In this document: positions 12,790-26,564 of the stretch, piece by piece | Numbering within the stretch: the stretch's first letter is position 1 | Layout: each line of letters opens with the position of its first letter | DNA from: the human T2T-CHM13v2.0 reference genome, Homo sapiens | NCBI RefSeq assembly: GCF_009914755.1 | Contig: NC_060938.1 | DNA: 64,000 nt | Strand: one strand, 5' to 3' | Program-made: the position numbers and the translations under genes | The notes under the pieces: generated by a model | Told to the model about the DNA's origin: nothing | Databases searched by the model: none | Seen by the model: only the letters and a program-made list of their open reading frames with translations

Positions 12790-13157
12790 TCAGGAATCCA
12801 TGTGCTTAGCCATCAATATCTCCAGTTTTCCTTTCCAGCTCAGGATAGGCTTCCACTTCCCAGTCTGCTTTGGTTAGGTGTGGCCACATGCCTTGCCTTG
12901 GCCAGTGAAGTGAACAGAAGTGAGGTGCATCACTTCCTGGAAGAAGCCATAAGAACCGGCAGGTGAGTGCAGTGGTTGAAGGATAGAAGTGTTCTCTGCA
13001 CTCTTAAGCCTGGGTCATACTGTCAAGACAACACAAAGAGCATCTCTGCTAAACCGCAGTGGACATGGAGAGAAAGTGAGAGATAAGCTTTGCTCAAATA
13101 AGCCAGAGAGTTTTTGAGTTGTTGCCACAGTATAACCTAGCCTATATGGATTGAAAC
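12790..13157 (+). mobile_element. MLT1I/J-like MaLR LTR
   Basis: TTGGCCAGTGAAGTGAACAGAAGTGA...CACTTCC; 3' end TTGTTGCCACAGTATAACCTAGCC. Confidence 0.65.
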
Positions 13158-13250
13158 TCTCTGGTTTTCCCTTCAAACTCTAGAGAAAAAATATATTCTT
13201 GGTTACAGTGCAGTAGCTATTTGGATACAATAATTTTAAATGACTATTTT

Positions 13251-13272
13251 GTGTGTGTGTGTGTGTGTGTGT
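13251..13272. repeat. (GT)11 microsatellite
   Basis: Direct read. Confidence 0.95.
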
Positions 13273-15081
13273 AATGTATTATATGTTAGCATCGAGGGAT
13301 TTAAGCGAAATAGATTTATATAAATTCCACTTACATTTCTTTTAAAATAGGGTTTATTTCCACTTCACACAGAAGAAATCAACATATCAAAATTACTAGC
13401 ATATATATGTTTTATTTTTTGTTGGTGTTTGAGGGAGTCCACTGTGATGCCGATGTTAGGACTCTGAACTGCAGGCCTGGTATAATCATTAGGTAATGTT
13501 CCCTCTCACTGACAGCCTTACCCAGAATGGTGCCTTGTGAAGCAAAGGAGCTTCCTAAGAGAAGATAACACGCTGAGCCATGCCCATGGCCTTTGCCTCC
13601 CATGAGAAAATAGTCTTCCCTAAGCCCTATTGTGATGTTCCAGTTATAAACAATGGTGCTTAGTACATAGAAGGTCTAAAATGATATTTATTGAATAGAT
13701 GAGTGGAAGCAGTGCACTGTTCTCCAAATGTCTGGACTCTTTCATGTTTGCATTTTAAAAATAGATGCTGTTGTTTTGTAGATTTGTTTAAAAACATCTT
13801 GGTATTAAGACTGACATCTATTCTTTTATAACACTTTACATGTGGTCATGTACCCACAGATTTAGGCTGTTTTATTTTATAGTTTTCACTACAGTTTATT
13901 TCACCTGATTATTTCATTTGGGTCTCTAAAATCACATTATGAAATACCTTAATTATTTAAATTAGGAACAGATTAATTATCTCCAGTGTACAAACTCAAA
14001 TTAATTTCATTATAAACCTGAAGTTTAAATTGATTAATCTTGGAGTGTTTAAGGAATAAAATGGGTTTTTCTTCATCCTTAAGGAGAAAGGCATATTTGA
14101 TTTGATGAGTCTCTCTTCATCACACCAGTTATGATACTAGGCACAAGATATTTGCAAGAAAACTTCAGATGGATTTTATAAACCAGCCAGAAACCTGTGT
14201 GTCTGGGGCTTCTGGGGGAACAATCTGTGAGTCATTTTAAAAAACAAACACACTCATAATCACGGTGCATGTTGTTACCATGGTAATTAGGCCTGTTGAG
14301 TTGGCTTGCTTATGTTCCTGCAAAAGCAAGAGGGGGAGAGAAACTGAGAATTCAGAGCTTTGACTATTAGCTTCAATTTGCCTACTGCAGGAGAGAGTGA
14401 AGGGGTTTCTCAAGAATGCACTGGCACAGTCATTCTGAGAGGGAAGTGAAGAAACCCTGGCATCCTGCCTTTGTTATTGAATATAGGTTAGCCATATTAG
14501 TGTTGGATATTGTGGTTCACAAGGGAGAAAAGGATCATTTGGCATTCTCTTGGGAAAAAGGGGAAAAATAGTTTCTTTCTCTGATATATGACTTCATGTA
14601 AGTCTCTAAGGTCAACCTTGTGGAGTGTCTTGTGTGCCTATGCACAAGGTTTTAATGATCCTCTAAAAGGCACCAAATGCTGCTGATGAACATTATTGCA
14701 GGTTTAAATGATCTCAGCATATTATTCTAATCTGGTTAGAGGCTAGTTTTAATGAGGCCATTGTTTCAGATCTGATTCCCAAGTAAGCAAGATATCTTTT
14801 CTCTGTTTTATGGACTAGGTACGACTCCTTTATCTTGGACAGTCATCTTGTAATGCAGGCCTGTGGGATACAAAGGAGACCAGGGAGGTTATGTGAGCTC
14901 TGCCAAATCTATTACTACTCCAGGGGAAAATAAAACCAAATTCTTGGGCTAGTGGAATTACTGTAGGAGAAATCCAGTATGATTCCATGTGAAGAACCAA
15001 TAGCACCCTTAAATTAAAGGTATGAGTGTACACACAAATCTGTTTTTAAGACTGTTTCTAAATTCACTTTAAGAAGTCTGG

Positions 15082-15684
<603 letters not shown>

Positions 15685-15977
15685 GTCGGGTATCCTCTGA
15701 AATGAATAATTATAATGCATTGACTAAAGTTTTACTGCTTAGAATATGCCTCAATCAGATTTTAAAGCAGAACTTTTTAAACTATAGATTTCGTTTTTCC
15801 TCTCATATGTGGAAAGAAGATACATGTTTCCCAAACTTTATTCTATATTTAATTTTCTTAACATTAGTAAACAAAACTTAACTTAGTTTTTTTCTGATCA
15901 TCAAAGTAATTCATACTGATTATTGAAAAATGTGGAAATTATTGAAAATTTGAAAGAAAAAATAAAAATGGCTCCAT

Positions 15978-16451
15978 CTGTTAATTAAATTGTTAGTTGA
16001 ACTGCATGTAACAGTGGCCTGATTTCACAGTGGCTAACATAAGTTAGAAGTTACTTCTTTTTAATGTAACAATCCGGACGTGGATGGCCCAGGACTGGTA
16101 AGGTAGCTGTGCTCCACAAGATCATGCAGGGAGCCAGGCTCCTTCTATCCTGTTTTTCTATCATTCCTATGAGGTTTCTCTTGCTTTCATTGTCTAAGGT
16201 GGCTTGTCACAAAGGCTCTGCTATAACCGGCAGGATGGAAGAAGTTGGAAGGGGAGGCCCTGACCCAGAAGTTACACATACCACTTTTGATGCTGTACCA
16301 TTGAATTTTGTCACATGACTGCATACCTAGCAGCAAGGGAGGTTGGGGAAAGTAGCTATTATTGATATGTAGGTGCTTAGCTTAGAATTCTATTAAAACC
16401 ATGGAAGAAGACGAGAGCAGATGTTGGGGTATATCTAGCAATTTCTGCCAC
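15978..16451 (-). mobile_element. Old MaLR LTR (MLT1K/L-like)
   Basis: GCTCCACAAGATCATGCAGGGAGCCAGGCTCCTTCTATC; CCTAGCAGCAAGGGAGGTTGGGGAAAGTAG. Confidence 0.55.
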
Positions 16452-16729
16452 TTTTGTTATTCTGTTGAACAGAGGAAATATATTGTTTAGATTTTGATGT
16501 ATTTTCTTCCAGTCTTTATGTATCAGAAAGATACTATGTATAATTATACTAGAAAATGTGTTATATAATACAACTTATATTATGTATATAATACATGTTA
16601 GTGCATATATATTAGAAAAATATATTAAGACATAGAAAATATATATTAGAAAAAACATATGTAAATATGTATATTAGAAAATTGTTGAGTTCACACTATA
16701 TATAATATTTTATATTTTTTACTTTAAAA

Positions 16730-16875
16730 TTTAAATGACAATGCATTTTACATTCTTTTTACTTTATAATAAAATAACCTTATTTTAAGTTACTTTTTAA
16801 AGTAACAATATTTATTAATTTTAAAATAAAGTTAAGTAAAAAGAGAATATAAAATGCATTTTTTCATCATTTAAA
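16730..16875. repeat. AT-rich imperfect nested palindrome
   Basis: Arms 16730-16764/16834-16875, 16775-16788/16821-16834, and core GTTACTTT-tt-AAAGTAAC. Confidence 0.8.
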
Positions 16876-16877
16876 CA

Positions 16878-17188
16878 TTTTTTTCTTTTTTTTTTTTTTT
16901 TTTCCGAGACAGACTCTCACTCTGTCACCCAGGCTAGAGTACAGTAGCATGATTATGGCTCACTATAGCCTCACTCTCCTGGGCTCAAGCTATCCTCCCA
17001 CCTCAGCCTTCCAAGTAGATGGGACCACAGGTGTGCATCACCATGCCTGGCTAACTTTTGACTTTTATTGTAGAGAATATGTCTCGCTCTGTTGCCCAGG
17101 CTGGTCTCAAACTCCTGGACACAAGTGTTCCTCCCTCCTTGGCTTCCCAAAGTGCTGGGATTACAGACATGAGCCACTGCACCTGGCC
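16878..17188 (-). mobile_element. Alu (AluJ-like)
   Basis: PolyT followed by a full antisense dimer. Confidence 0.95.
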
Positions 17189-18566
17189 CGTTTAAATTTC
17201 TTGTATTCATTGTTTTAAAATTTTATCATGTGGAGTTTCTGTTTTACTTAATAGGTTGAATTATTGATATTTAGGCTATTTCTTAACACCTTGATAATTC
17301 TTCTTTGTCCACATTGTGGGTTTGTTTTGGTTAAAGTCATGGAGTGGCATCACTAAAACAATGACTGAGAACATATTTGGGTCCCTTGATAAACAGGACC
17401 AGACGGCTTTCCAGAGTAGTTGTGCCAGCTTCCACTATCACCAATAACAAATGAGTGCCGGGCCCAGAACCCCCTTGAACAGGCTTATTTTGCCTGTCCC
17501 ACCTAGTCTTTGTTACCCAAGGGTTCATTCTCCGAAAATAAGTTGTTTTTAGCCCTTGGCTTTTTTTTTTCTTTTTGCTGTCATTAATCATGAGATAATG
17601 GTTTTCTAATAACTTTAGCCCATTTAAAAACATATGGCCCCTATGGTAGTCTGGGAATATAATTGGTTGGGTTGAGATTGTAGCACACAGGCCAGTCTCA
17701 AGTAATGTGAGGCCTCTGGAGACACTGATGTTCGTTTGGCCCTAGAACCCCTTGCGAATTTGAGTTCCACCCTCATTCATACTATTCTAGATGTGAGATA
17801 TCTCTTTGTTCTCAGACACTGCAAAATAGGAATGGGAAAGTGTTCCTTGAGGCTTTAGCAATTCCCTTTGAGCTGAGTGCTCTAAAGCTTTTCAGGAATA
17901 AAGAAGCTCATCTACACAGGAACTTTCTCCCGTAGGAACCACACTCGGCACTGGACAAACGTAGGCCACTCTGCCTGATAGCCACAGAGGTCATTAGTGG
18001 CTAAGGGCATAGGTGTCTTCTACTTCTAAACAGCCTATAGAAGCTGTGGGTGCCAAAGATACTCTTATAACCACCAACGTGTCCTCCACCCTCCTAAAGG
18101 GCCAGATACACACAAACTGTATGCACTCAAACTCTGTCCCTAATACCTGGAGCAAGAGTGTGTTGGTCTCTGCTGCTTTGGTCATGCTCGGAGCAAATTA
18201 GATTAGGTCAGGAGGAAAGATTGTTCTTATTCATTCCATCGGTATACAGCCTCTCCCACCAAGGACTCTGCTTCCTCTAGGTTCCTAAGTGGCCTTTGTG
18301 TTTTCATGTTTTCTTGCATGCTAGGAGATTTCACAAAGAAAGGGACTCCAATTTCACAAATCTATTTCTTAAAAGAAAGAGAGTTAATAAAAGTTCATTT
18401 CTAGGCTCTGAAATGTAAACCTGTGAGACCTCCTGCCCTTATAACTATATTGCCATTACCACCCACCCCCGTTTCAGAAACTTCATTCATTCTACTTATC
18501 CAGCTCTTGTGTATCATGTTATTTTTCCTTTTAAAAAATTCGTTTTTCTCTCTGCTTTCTCAACAG

Positions 18567-18607
18567 CCAGATCTGCCAGTGAGCCTCAGGCTTTAGGAAC
18601 TGAAGAG
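18567..18607 (+). other. GNG2: GNG2 exon 2 (41-nt non-coding 5'UTR exon)
   Basis: Polypyrimidine tract TTTTTCTCTCTGCTTTCTCAACAG| and donor GAG|GTAAGA; sequence CCAGATCTGCCAGTGAGCCTCAGGCTTTAGGAACTGAAGAG recalled from GNG2 mRNA. Confidence 0.9.
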
Positions 18608-19026
18608 GTAAGAATTCCAAAATATTTTCTTCTAGAATCTTGAATTTAACCAGAACTTAAAGAGGAAAAAAAATGTTAAGTGGTCTATAGATGAAAGCAT
18701 GTGATGTTTTATTGAAAGAAACAGTCATAGAGTCCTTATCAATATTGACATGACTTCAGAATTTAAAGAAAAAATGGCTGTCTTTAATGATAGTTAAAAT
18801 TGATTTTCATCCAGAATTTTTTCATTTTCTTCTAAAAACCTGAGTTGGAGAGCCTTTGAGGCTGCTGTCTTAACAGAATGTATCCTCACGGCACAAACAT
18901 GATTAATAGGTGGCAGACATTGAGGGCATACCCTGTGCAAGATAAAGCCTCAGATGAGGCTGATTAGGTCAGGGAAAGGTAAACCCTGTTCTTAACAGAC
19001 GGTTGTAAACATTGTAAGGGCTTTTC

Positions 19027-19056
19027 CAGCAGCAGCAGCAGCAACAACAACAACAA
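19027..19056. repeat. (CAG)5(CAA)5 compound microsatellite
   Basis: Direct read; intronic. Confidence 0.9.
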
Positions 19057-20393
19057 GAGGTCAATCTAATGCTATTGGGGTTTCATCTTGAAGAAGCTTA
19101 CTTAGCTTTTGGAACTAGCTATAGCATTTGAATCTTGTTCTAGACTTGAAAGATAACCATAATCCTAGACAGGTGATAACGTGTTTGCCCACTCCAAGAT
19201 ACACAGTTTTCTCTAGTCAATGACTTAGATTCCCCTCCCCCACCATTTTAAAATGTAACTTCATTATGAAAAATGCCAAGTGTGTACCAAAGTAGAGAGA
19301 ATAATATAATGAACGCCTACATCCCCGTCACCCAATTTCAATGGTTGTCAACTCGTGGCTGGGATTGTTTCATTTCTACCTCTACCTACTTCTCTTCTTT
19401 CCCCATTGGATTATGGGTGCTTGCTGAATTGTTGGGCTTTTAATTGTTTATTTACATAACTGTTTAGGGGATACAGCAAATGCTAAAAAAAAATAAAACC
19501 TACTCATAACCTGACTTGCTTTACTGGAGCTAGTCATCCATCCATTTACGCATTCAGCAGGTATTTATTTCATGTTTACTAGGTATCAGTCCTTCCTTAG
19601 GATAAGAGGATCGATTTTCCTCAACTCATATTTATAAGGTCTGCAAATTTGGACTTTGGATATCTCCAAATGAGGTGATCTGTCAGAGATGTACTGACCT
19701 ATACATGTATAGCTTTTGCTGCCCTATAGTCAAGTTCTTTTGAATTTAAGTACCTAATGTCTTTCAGGTGAGGGCTGAGACATCCCATATTCTATCAAAT
19801 GTTACTAATAATGACTCTTTTATAAGCATCTGATGTTCTTTGAGTTGATTTCTGTCATGCTAATAAGTATGCTTAAATTTTTCAAATCAATCCAAGCAGA
19901 GTTTGTCAATGGGGTTTGCTGGCACGTCCAATGGGACAATTCTTCATTATCATCTTTGGTATCCCTGTCCTTGGTTCACAAAAGGCTGTGGCATCTTCCA
20001 GTCATTGTGACATCCAGAGCACTCTAGGGAGACGTTGTGAACATTGTGAACTACCGTGTCTTTGCACACAAATTTAAAGAGGTTATTTGGCATATTCCAC
20101 TCATCTAAAAGCATTTTTCCTTCATACAAAATCAGTGGTTTCAGTTATGCTCAGTAGTTCCTTATGTAAGTAGTCTCTGTGCTAACAAACGCAAGAAGCT
20201 AAACAAAGTAGACAAGTAAAAGGAAGTATTGTTCTGTACTGTCAGGGGGATTTTGAGTATATTTGGTCTAGGGCTAAATTTAGTTTTCAAAGTATATACA
20301 TGGAAAAAAATTAAACATGAGGTAATGGTCAAATATTGAGGTTAGAAGCAAAATACCAGCAAGGCATTATTGAACAGCAACTGTGATTAAAGG

Positions 20394-20869
20394 TGTATTA
20401 GTTTTCTATGGCTGCTGTAACAAATTATTACAAACCTAGTGGCTTAGAACAACACAAATGTATTATCTTACCATTCTATAGGTTAGGTTCTATAGGGATT
20501 TCACTGGGCTAAAAGCAAAATATCAACAAGACTGTGTTCCTTTCTGAAGGCTCTCTGGGTTGGATTTATTTCCTTGCCTTTTACAGCTTCTAGAGCTTCC
20601 TCCATCTTCAAAGCCAGTAGCATTGCCTCTCCATGCGTCTTTCTACCATAGTCCCATCTTCTTAATTTTTAGCCAGGAAAGGTTCTCTGATTTTTTAAGT
20701 ATCTGTGTGATAAGATTGAACATACCTGGATAAGCCAGGCTAATCTCCTCATCACCAGGGCCTCCATTTAATCACATCTTTGAAGTCTCTTTATCTGTAA
20801 GGTTATGTATTTACAGGTTCCTGGGATTAGGACTGAACATATTTGGGGCCTATTATTCTGCCTACTACA
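20394..20869 (-). mobile_element. MLT1C/D-like MaLR solo LTR
   Basis: TG...CA termini: TGTATTAGTTTTCTATGGCTGCTGTAACAAATTA ... TATTCTGCCTACTACA. Confidence 0.85.
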
Positions 20870-21624
20870 AAGTCAAAGAGACTAATCCTTCAGAAAGGTA
20901 GAAATGCTTCAGGTAGCAGACCATCTGATGTCTAATTATATAGGATTAAAACATTAAGGTTTCCAACTTTGATGAAGCCAATTCTCATCTTGAGTCTACA
21001 GTTCTCATTTTGTAGGTCCAGGTACTGAAGACTTTTGGTTTTCTTGAAGTGTCTGGCATTGGATCAAGGGGACTGGTTGAAGTCCAATGGCTCCTTTCTT
21101 GCCCAGACTTTTGGGTACTATAGGTATGGCCCCTAGAGAGTATGCTGCTTTTGTCATTTCTCCAACTCTGGAGGGTTTGCCTACAGTGTACAGATTACAA
21201 GGTCTTGAACAGAACCAAAGAAATGTGAGGTTTTTATTTTATGCTGTTATGTCTGGCTGTTATTTTATGTATTATTTATTAGGCTTTAAAATGTGGAAAT
21301 TGGAGGAAAAAATAACATAATAATACAGAACCTCACTAGAGTGGTATTTATTATAGCCAATTTCTAGGTATGGTATAATTTCCTCCATACATTAAGTTAT
21401 CCCCACAAAGTAAGAAACCATTTCTTGCCGGGTGTATGAAATAGATCACTGGGTTATTTTTTAAAAATCATCTTTTGAGTAGAATATGGCTGGAAATTTA
21501 TGGTGAAGATTTAAAAATTTTCAGCTTTTTTTTGTTGTAGCAAGTCCTCTTAAAATCCACTTTTAGACACTTCAGCAATACAGACCTGAAGTCCAAACCT
21601 AGAGCTAGCAGCAGGGCAACAAAC

Positions 21625-21722
21625 TGCCCTTATTTGCCAAGACAGGGCTTTCCTGGGACATAAGACTATCGGTGCTAAAACTGGGAGAATCCGGGGCAAA
21701 TCAGGACAGTTGGTCACTCCAG
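21625..21722 (-). mobile_element. MER81-like hAT-Blackjack DNA transposon fragment
   Basis: CCGGGGCAAATCAGGACAGTTGGTCACTCCA resembles the TIR-proximal motif. Confidence 0.6.
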
Positions 21723-23089
21723 ATGTCTAACAAAATGACTCTTAATAGAAAGTAGCTGTCACATTGATGCATTGTTAAAATATAAATTTTGAGTGAACCA
21801 AATAATGACCATATCCCATAATATTTGGGTTGAAAATGGGGGTTAATCCAACTCTTGGAAAATCTGTAGCCATATATGCATGTTTGTTCAGACCAGCTTA
21901 AAAAGACAAAAAAAAAGAAAAAAAAAAAAAAAAAAAAAAACCCTGAGATTCAGAACTGAGAAGCAGCAGCCACGTTTATAGTCACAAGCCCTAGCTGCCC
22001 TTTCAGTTCTCCTGTGTTACCAGCAGGCTCCTGCACTTTGCCTCTGATGATGGAAGCTTTAATAACTTTGTTACTGAGGTGACCACAGGACCTCGCTGAA
22101 TCTTTTTCAGCAGTCAGCCTGCATGGAAGTTATAAAATCCAAGTTTGCCAATGCAGCACAGAGCTCTCTTAGCTTTAATCTTGCCTTTCATAGAGCAAAA
22201 TCGAACTTTTCCCCCCTAAGAGACAGCACAGACTGTTCAAGAAGAGGTAAATATTAGGAAGACTATCTGGAATGCCCAGTGGGAGGGGATTGGAGTGGAT
22301 CATGTCTTGGAGTCTCATTTGGTTCTAAGAACATGGCGCTTCCTGACTCCCAGCGGTGGAGCATGAGCCACTTACCCCCATGTAAAGTTGCTACATCTGG
22401 GTAAAGACGCTTGCTGGGCCTTTCCCCACTACTTCTGCAGTACTCTGCCAGCATCATCCATAGCAAAACCACACTGAGAAATCAGGGAAGCTGAAGGTCC
22501 TGGGGCCTCATCCCTTACATTTCTGTGGCTTTTATTTTGAGAATTTTATTCTCTAAATCATTAGGACTAAGCAAAGAGAGCTGTAATTGTACTTGAAAGA
22601 ACAATAAATTAGCTTCCCTAGAATAGGCATTTGACTTTTAGGAGCTGGAAGACTTTTTTTTTTTTTTTTTTTTTTTTTAACGTATTTAATAGTTTCCTGT
22701 CTTCCAAAATTTCCTACTTGGTAGATCCAAAGCATTCTATTTCAATTCTTTTTTTTTTCTTTCCAAAAAAGATTCAGCACTATCAGTCATTGAAGTAGAA
22801 TCTGGCTTTCTGACAAGGATGGGGCCTGGACAGAATTGTGAATTATTTTGATTTTTTCCTCAATCTCTTTTTGGGTTTCTTCCTTCCAGGACTTTCAATC
22901 CTGGTTTCATTTTGCTAAGACTCGCCTCATTTCAGCTTCAAATCTTTACCAATTTTTGTGAATCAACAAGTTGCAGAAGAAATGAAAACACATCAAGTTC
23001 TTATGCTGTAATTTAAACTTAGGTTCTTTTATTCTTTTTCAAAGAGAAATTAGAGAGTAAATGTAAATAAGGATCAAAATAACTACTTA

Positions 23090-23250
23090 TCTGGGTACAG
23101 GGTTTCCTTCCGGGGTGATGGAATATCTTGGAACTAGTTAGCAGTGATAGCTGCACAACACCGTGAATGTACTAAATACCATTGAATTGTACACTTTACA
23201 ATGGCTGATGGTTAATTTTATATGTGAATTTTACCTCAATTTAAAACAAA
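23090..23250 (+). mobile_element. L1MB/ME 3' end fragment
   Basis: GGGTGATGGAATATCTTGGAACTAG...TGAATTGTACACTTTA. Confidence 0.75.
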
Positions 23251-23718
23251 ATGCCGATTGAACTTCAAGAGGAAAAAAGAAAAGGACTGTTTCCTCCTAC
23301 CTTCAAATTCTGGAAAAAGTGTGAATCCGTTTTAATACACTCATGTTAAATTTCTACACCAAAATTGTTATAAAATTGTTCTATTCTGTTCCATTACTGG
23401 GAACAGATATTTGGATGTCATAGTGTCTGCAAGGTAGAATTAATTAGGAAACCCTTGAAGGGTAAAAGGGGAACATCTCTGAGAGTTAAGATACTAGTTG
23501 TTTATTCTTAAGATGTGTAGTTTTTGTTACTACGTTGTAGACTGGCCTGTACTTTGCAGAGCTGGTCACAGTAAAAATTTGTTTTTAAGTTTAAAAATTT
23601 AAAATACTGGACTTTCTTCCACCTATCGTGGGACAGAATTTGCATCAGCTAGGTTGGAAAGTTTTTTAATAGCCTATAGTAGCAGACTGCAATTGGTAGT
23701 GATAAAATGGAGAGTCCA

Positions 23719-24164
<446 letters not shown>

Positions 24165-24744
24165 TTAACTATGAAACTTTAGGACTTTAAATTTCTTCTA
24201 GGTTTAGAGACAACCATTTTAACCTTTCTGCAGAGATGTAACTAGGCAACCAGTATAGCACTTAACCAGTGCATAGCATTCAAACTTCCTAGCCATTTAC
24301 ATCATTTTTAAAAAATACTATTTAAATATCTCTGTTAGCTTTGGCATATGCTGCCATGTAACCTTTAATTTCTTAGAAAATATCATGCAAACCCGCAGCT
24401 GTAAAATGGTATGCTTCCTAGAAGCCCAGCATCCTCCAATGTTAATAAGGAAGTCAGCTTATAAGAAGAGCAGTAACAGCGTTGAGAGGTAGCCACATGT
24501 ACTGTGTTTAAAATTGAGAATTTAAAAAGGAGGTTTCATGTTTGGTGTGTGAATTTATGAGTTTAAAATCATATCCTTGGCAGATGGTAATGAGCATTTC
24601 TTACAATATGATTCATGGAAAAATATACATTCGTAGAGATGAAAACTAGATTTTATTTTAGCTGATTAGGTGGTAACTAGGGATATCTAGTTTGATCAAT
24701 AAGCACAAACTTATTGAAAGCTTTTTATGTACCAGACACTATAT

Positions 24745-24822
24745 CAGTTATATACTATAACTGCTATATACTGTATACTATAACTAGCATACACTATATA
24801 CTGTGTACTATAACTGGTATAT
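24745..24822. repeat. Degenerate tandem repeat (TATACTGTATACTATAACT-like units)
   Basis: Three occurrences of TACTATAACT. Confidence 0.7.
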
Positions 24823-26127
24823 GATCCTTTTTTGTGACAATTATGATTTTAGTTAGGTTTTTTTAATCATGAAAGAAATTCATGCAGAAAAAAACAATAT
24901 ATGTGAAATATTTAAAAATTCAAGTAGTAGGGACAGGCATAAATGAAAAATAAAAGCGTTTTTTTCCCACCAACTTGTAGCCTCAGTGCCTAGAGGTAAC
25001 CACTGTGGAGAGTTTCTTGTGTCTCTTCCAGAGATTTTTTCATCTCCTGGTTAATCTGTATCAAAAAGGTGAATATAAGTGCCATTGAACCATCTGTTCA
25101 TAAGCTTTTCTTCTGAGCTAAGTTTTACATTTTGAGACACTATTATGCTTATTTTTAAAATGTGCCTTTTAAAACTGAAAGAAAAAAAATGTCAGAACCA
25201 AAGTGATGCTAGCAGAGAGGGCTGGTGGTAGTGAGAACTACAGCTGAAGGATGTTAATGTGTAGTTTTAGCCTCTGTTAACATTTATATGCGGAACTTAA
25301 GTAATAAACCTTAATGTAGTTCTTTTATGATTTTCAAAGTCATCTGGGGTATATTATCTCCCTTTATCCTTTAGATGACCCTGCAACGCAGGAACTGTTT
25401 ATTTTACAAAGGAGGAAGCTGTGGTTCCCAGAGGTTAAGTAATGTGCTTAGGGTCACACAGCTGAAAAGTGACAGAATCAAGTCTTTTCCAATTAGTCTT
25501 GAGCCAGACCACATGGTAACTGTGAGGAAGAGAGAGGCACAGTTACACCTCTGTGGCTCCTGCAGTAAAGGCTATGAAGTGAAGGAGACGGGTGCAGACC
25601 GAAGATCTGGGCAGTTGTTTTGATTCTGCCCCTTGGACAAGTTATTTAAGGCAGTAGAAACAAGTTAAGGTGGCTGCCTCTGTCCTCCTAGTCTCCTCAG
25701 TGGCTATTCTGTTCCGATTTTCTTAGGTTGTTTAGGTAATACTGACCACAGGGGAGGAGACTTGACCCATGCTGAGGAAGCCTCAGTATTTCATCACCAG
25801 ACCACGATAGTTGGTTCAGAGGGTGGGCCTGCCATCAGCAGGGGCCAGTAGGTTCTTCCTCTGGAATTTTCCAACTCGAGTTGAGAGGAGAGGTCTCATC
25901 CTTTCTGGTCCCAAGGCAGTAAGAATCATGGAAAGCTGTGTTTCAGTCTGTGGACAGAATCAGGTCCAATGCACAGAGGGGAGGCGGAGAGAGTCAGAGA
26001 GAGAAGGGAAAGAAGGAGAGAGCCCAGTCATAATTGGAGTCCATGAATCCAGTCCATGTGAGCCAATACATTCCCATGTTTTGCCCAAGCTAATTCAAGT
26101 TGTGACTAAAAGAGTTTTGACTTATAC

Positions 26128-26270
26128 CTCCAGGCCTTAGTTTCCCCATCTGTAAAATGGAGGTTATAATATTCACCCTGACTATATCTGAACTATGTAA
26201 ATATCAATTGAGATAATGAATAGGAATATACTGTATAAATTGTAAAATATGACACAAATGTAGGATGGTA
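26128..26270 (+). mobile_element. MIR SINE
   Basis: CCTTAGTTTCCCCATCTGTAAAATGGAGG. Confidence 0.8.
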
Positions 26271-26544
26271 TTCACTGATATGTCACACTGAGTTAGGAAA
26301 AGTTGAAAGAGTGAAATTACCACTTATTTGGAAAATAAGTGAGTGCTTTCTAAGAGCCATCTGATGTTATACAGAATTAAATGAAAGCTGCCAGGGTCCT
26401 CCAGATTTTCTTTTGAGACCTTCTTTCAAATACTCTTTTAAGTTCTAATCAATACCCATAATGAATACAAGGATAGAGCTTTTACCTTGCTGGCCTAGAT
26501 TTATTCAGTGGGTTTCTGTTTTCTATCCCCTGCCGTATTCTATA

Positions 26545-26564
26545 ACACACACACACACACACAC
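26545..26564. repeat. (AC)10 microsatellite
   Basis: Direct read. Confidence 0.95.

Noticed and set aside
17461-17753. ~17-bp imperfect direct repeat GGCCC(T)AGAACCCCTTG
   Set aside because: Only two imperfect copies, with no recognisable element between them; plausibly chance
19027-19056. (CAG)5(CAA)5 as a polyglutamine exon
   Set aside because: Short, intronic, and with no supporting ORF or convincing exon boundaries
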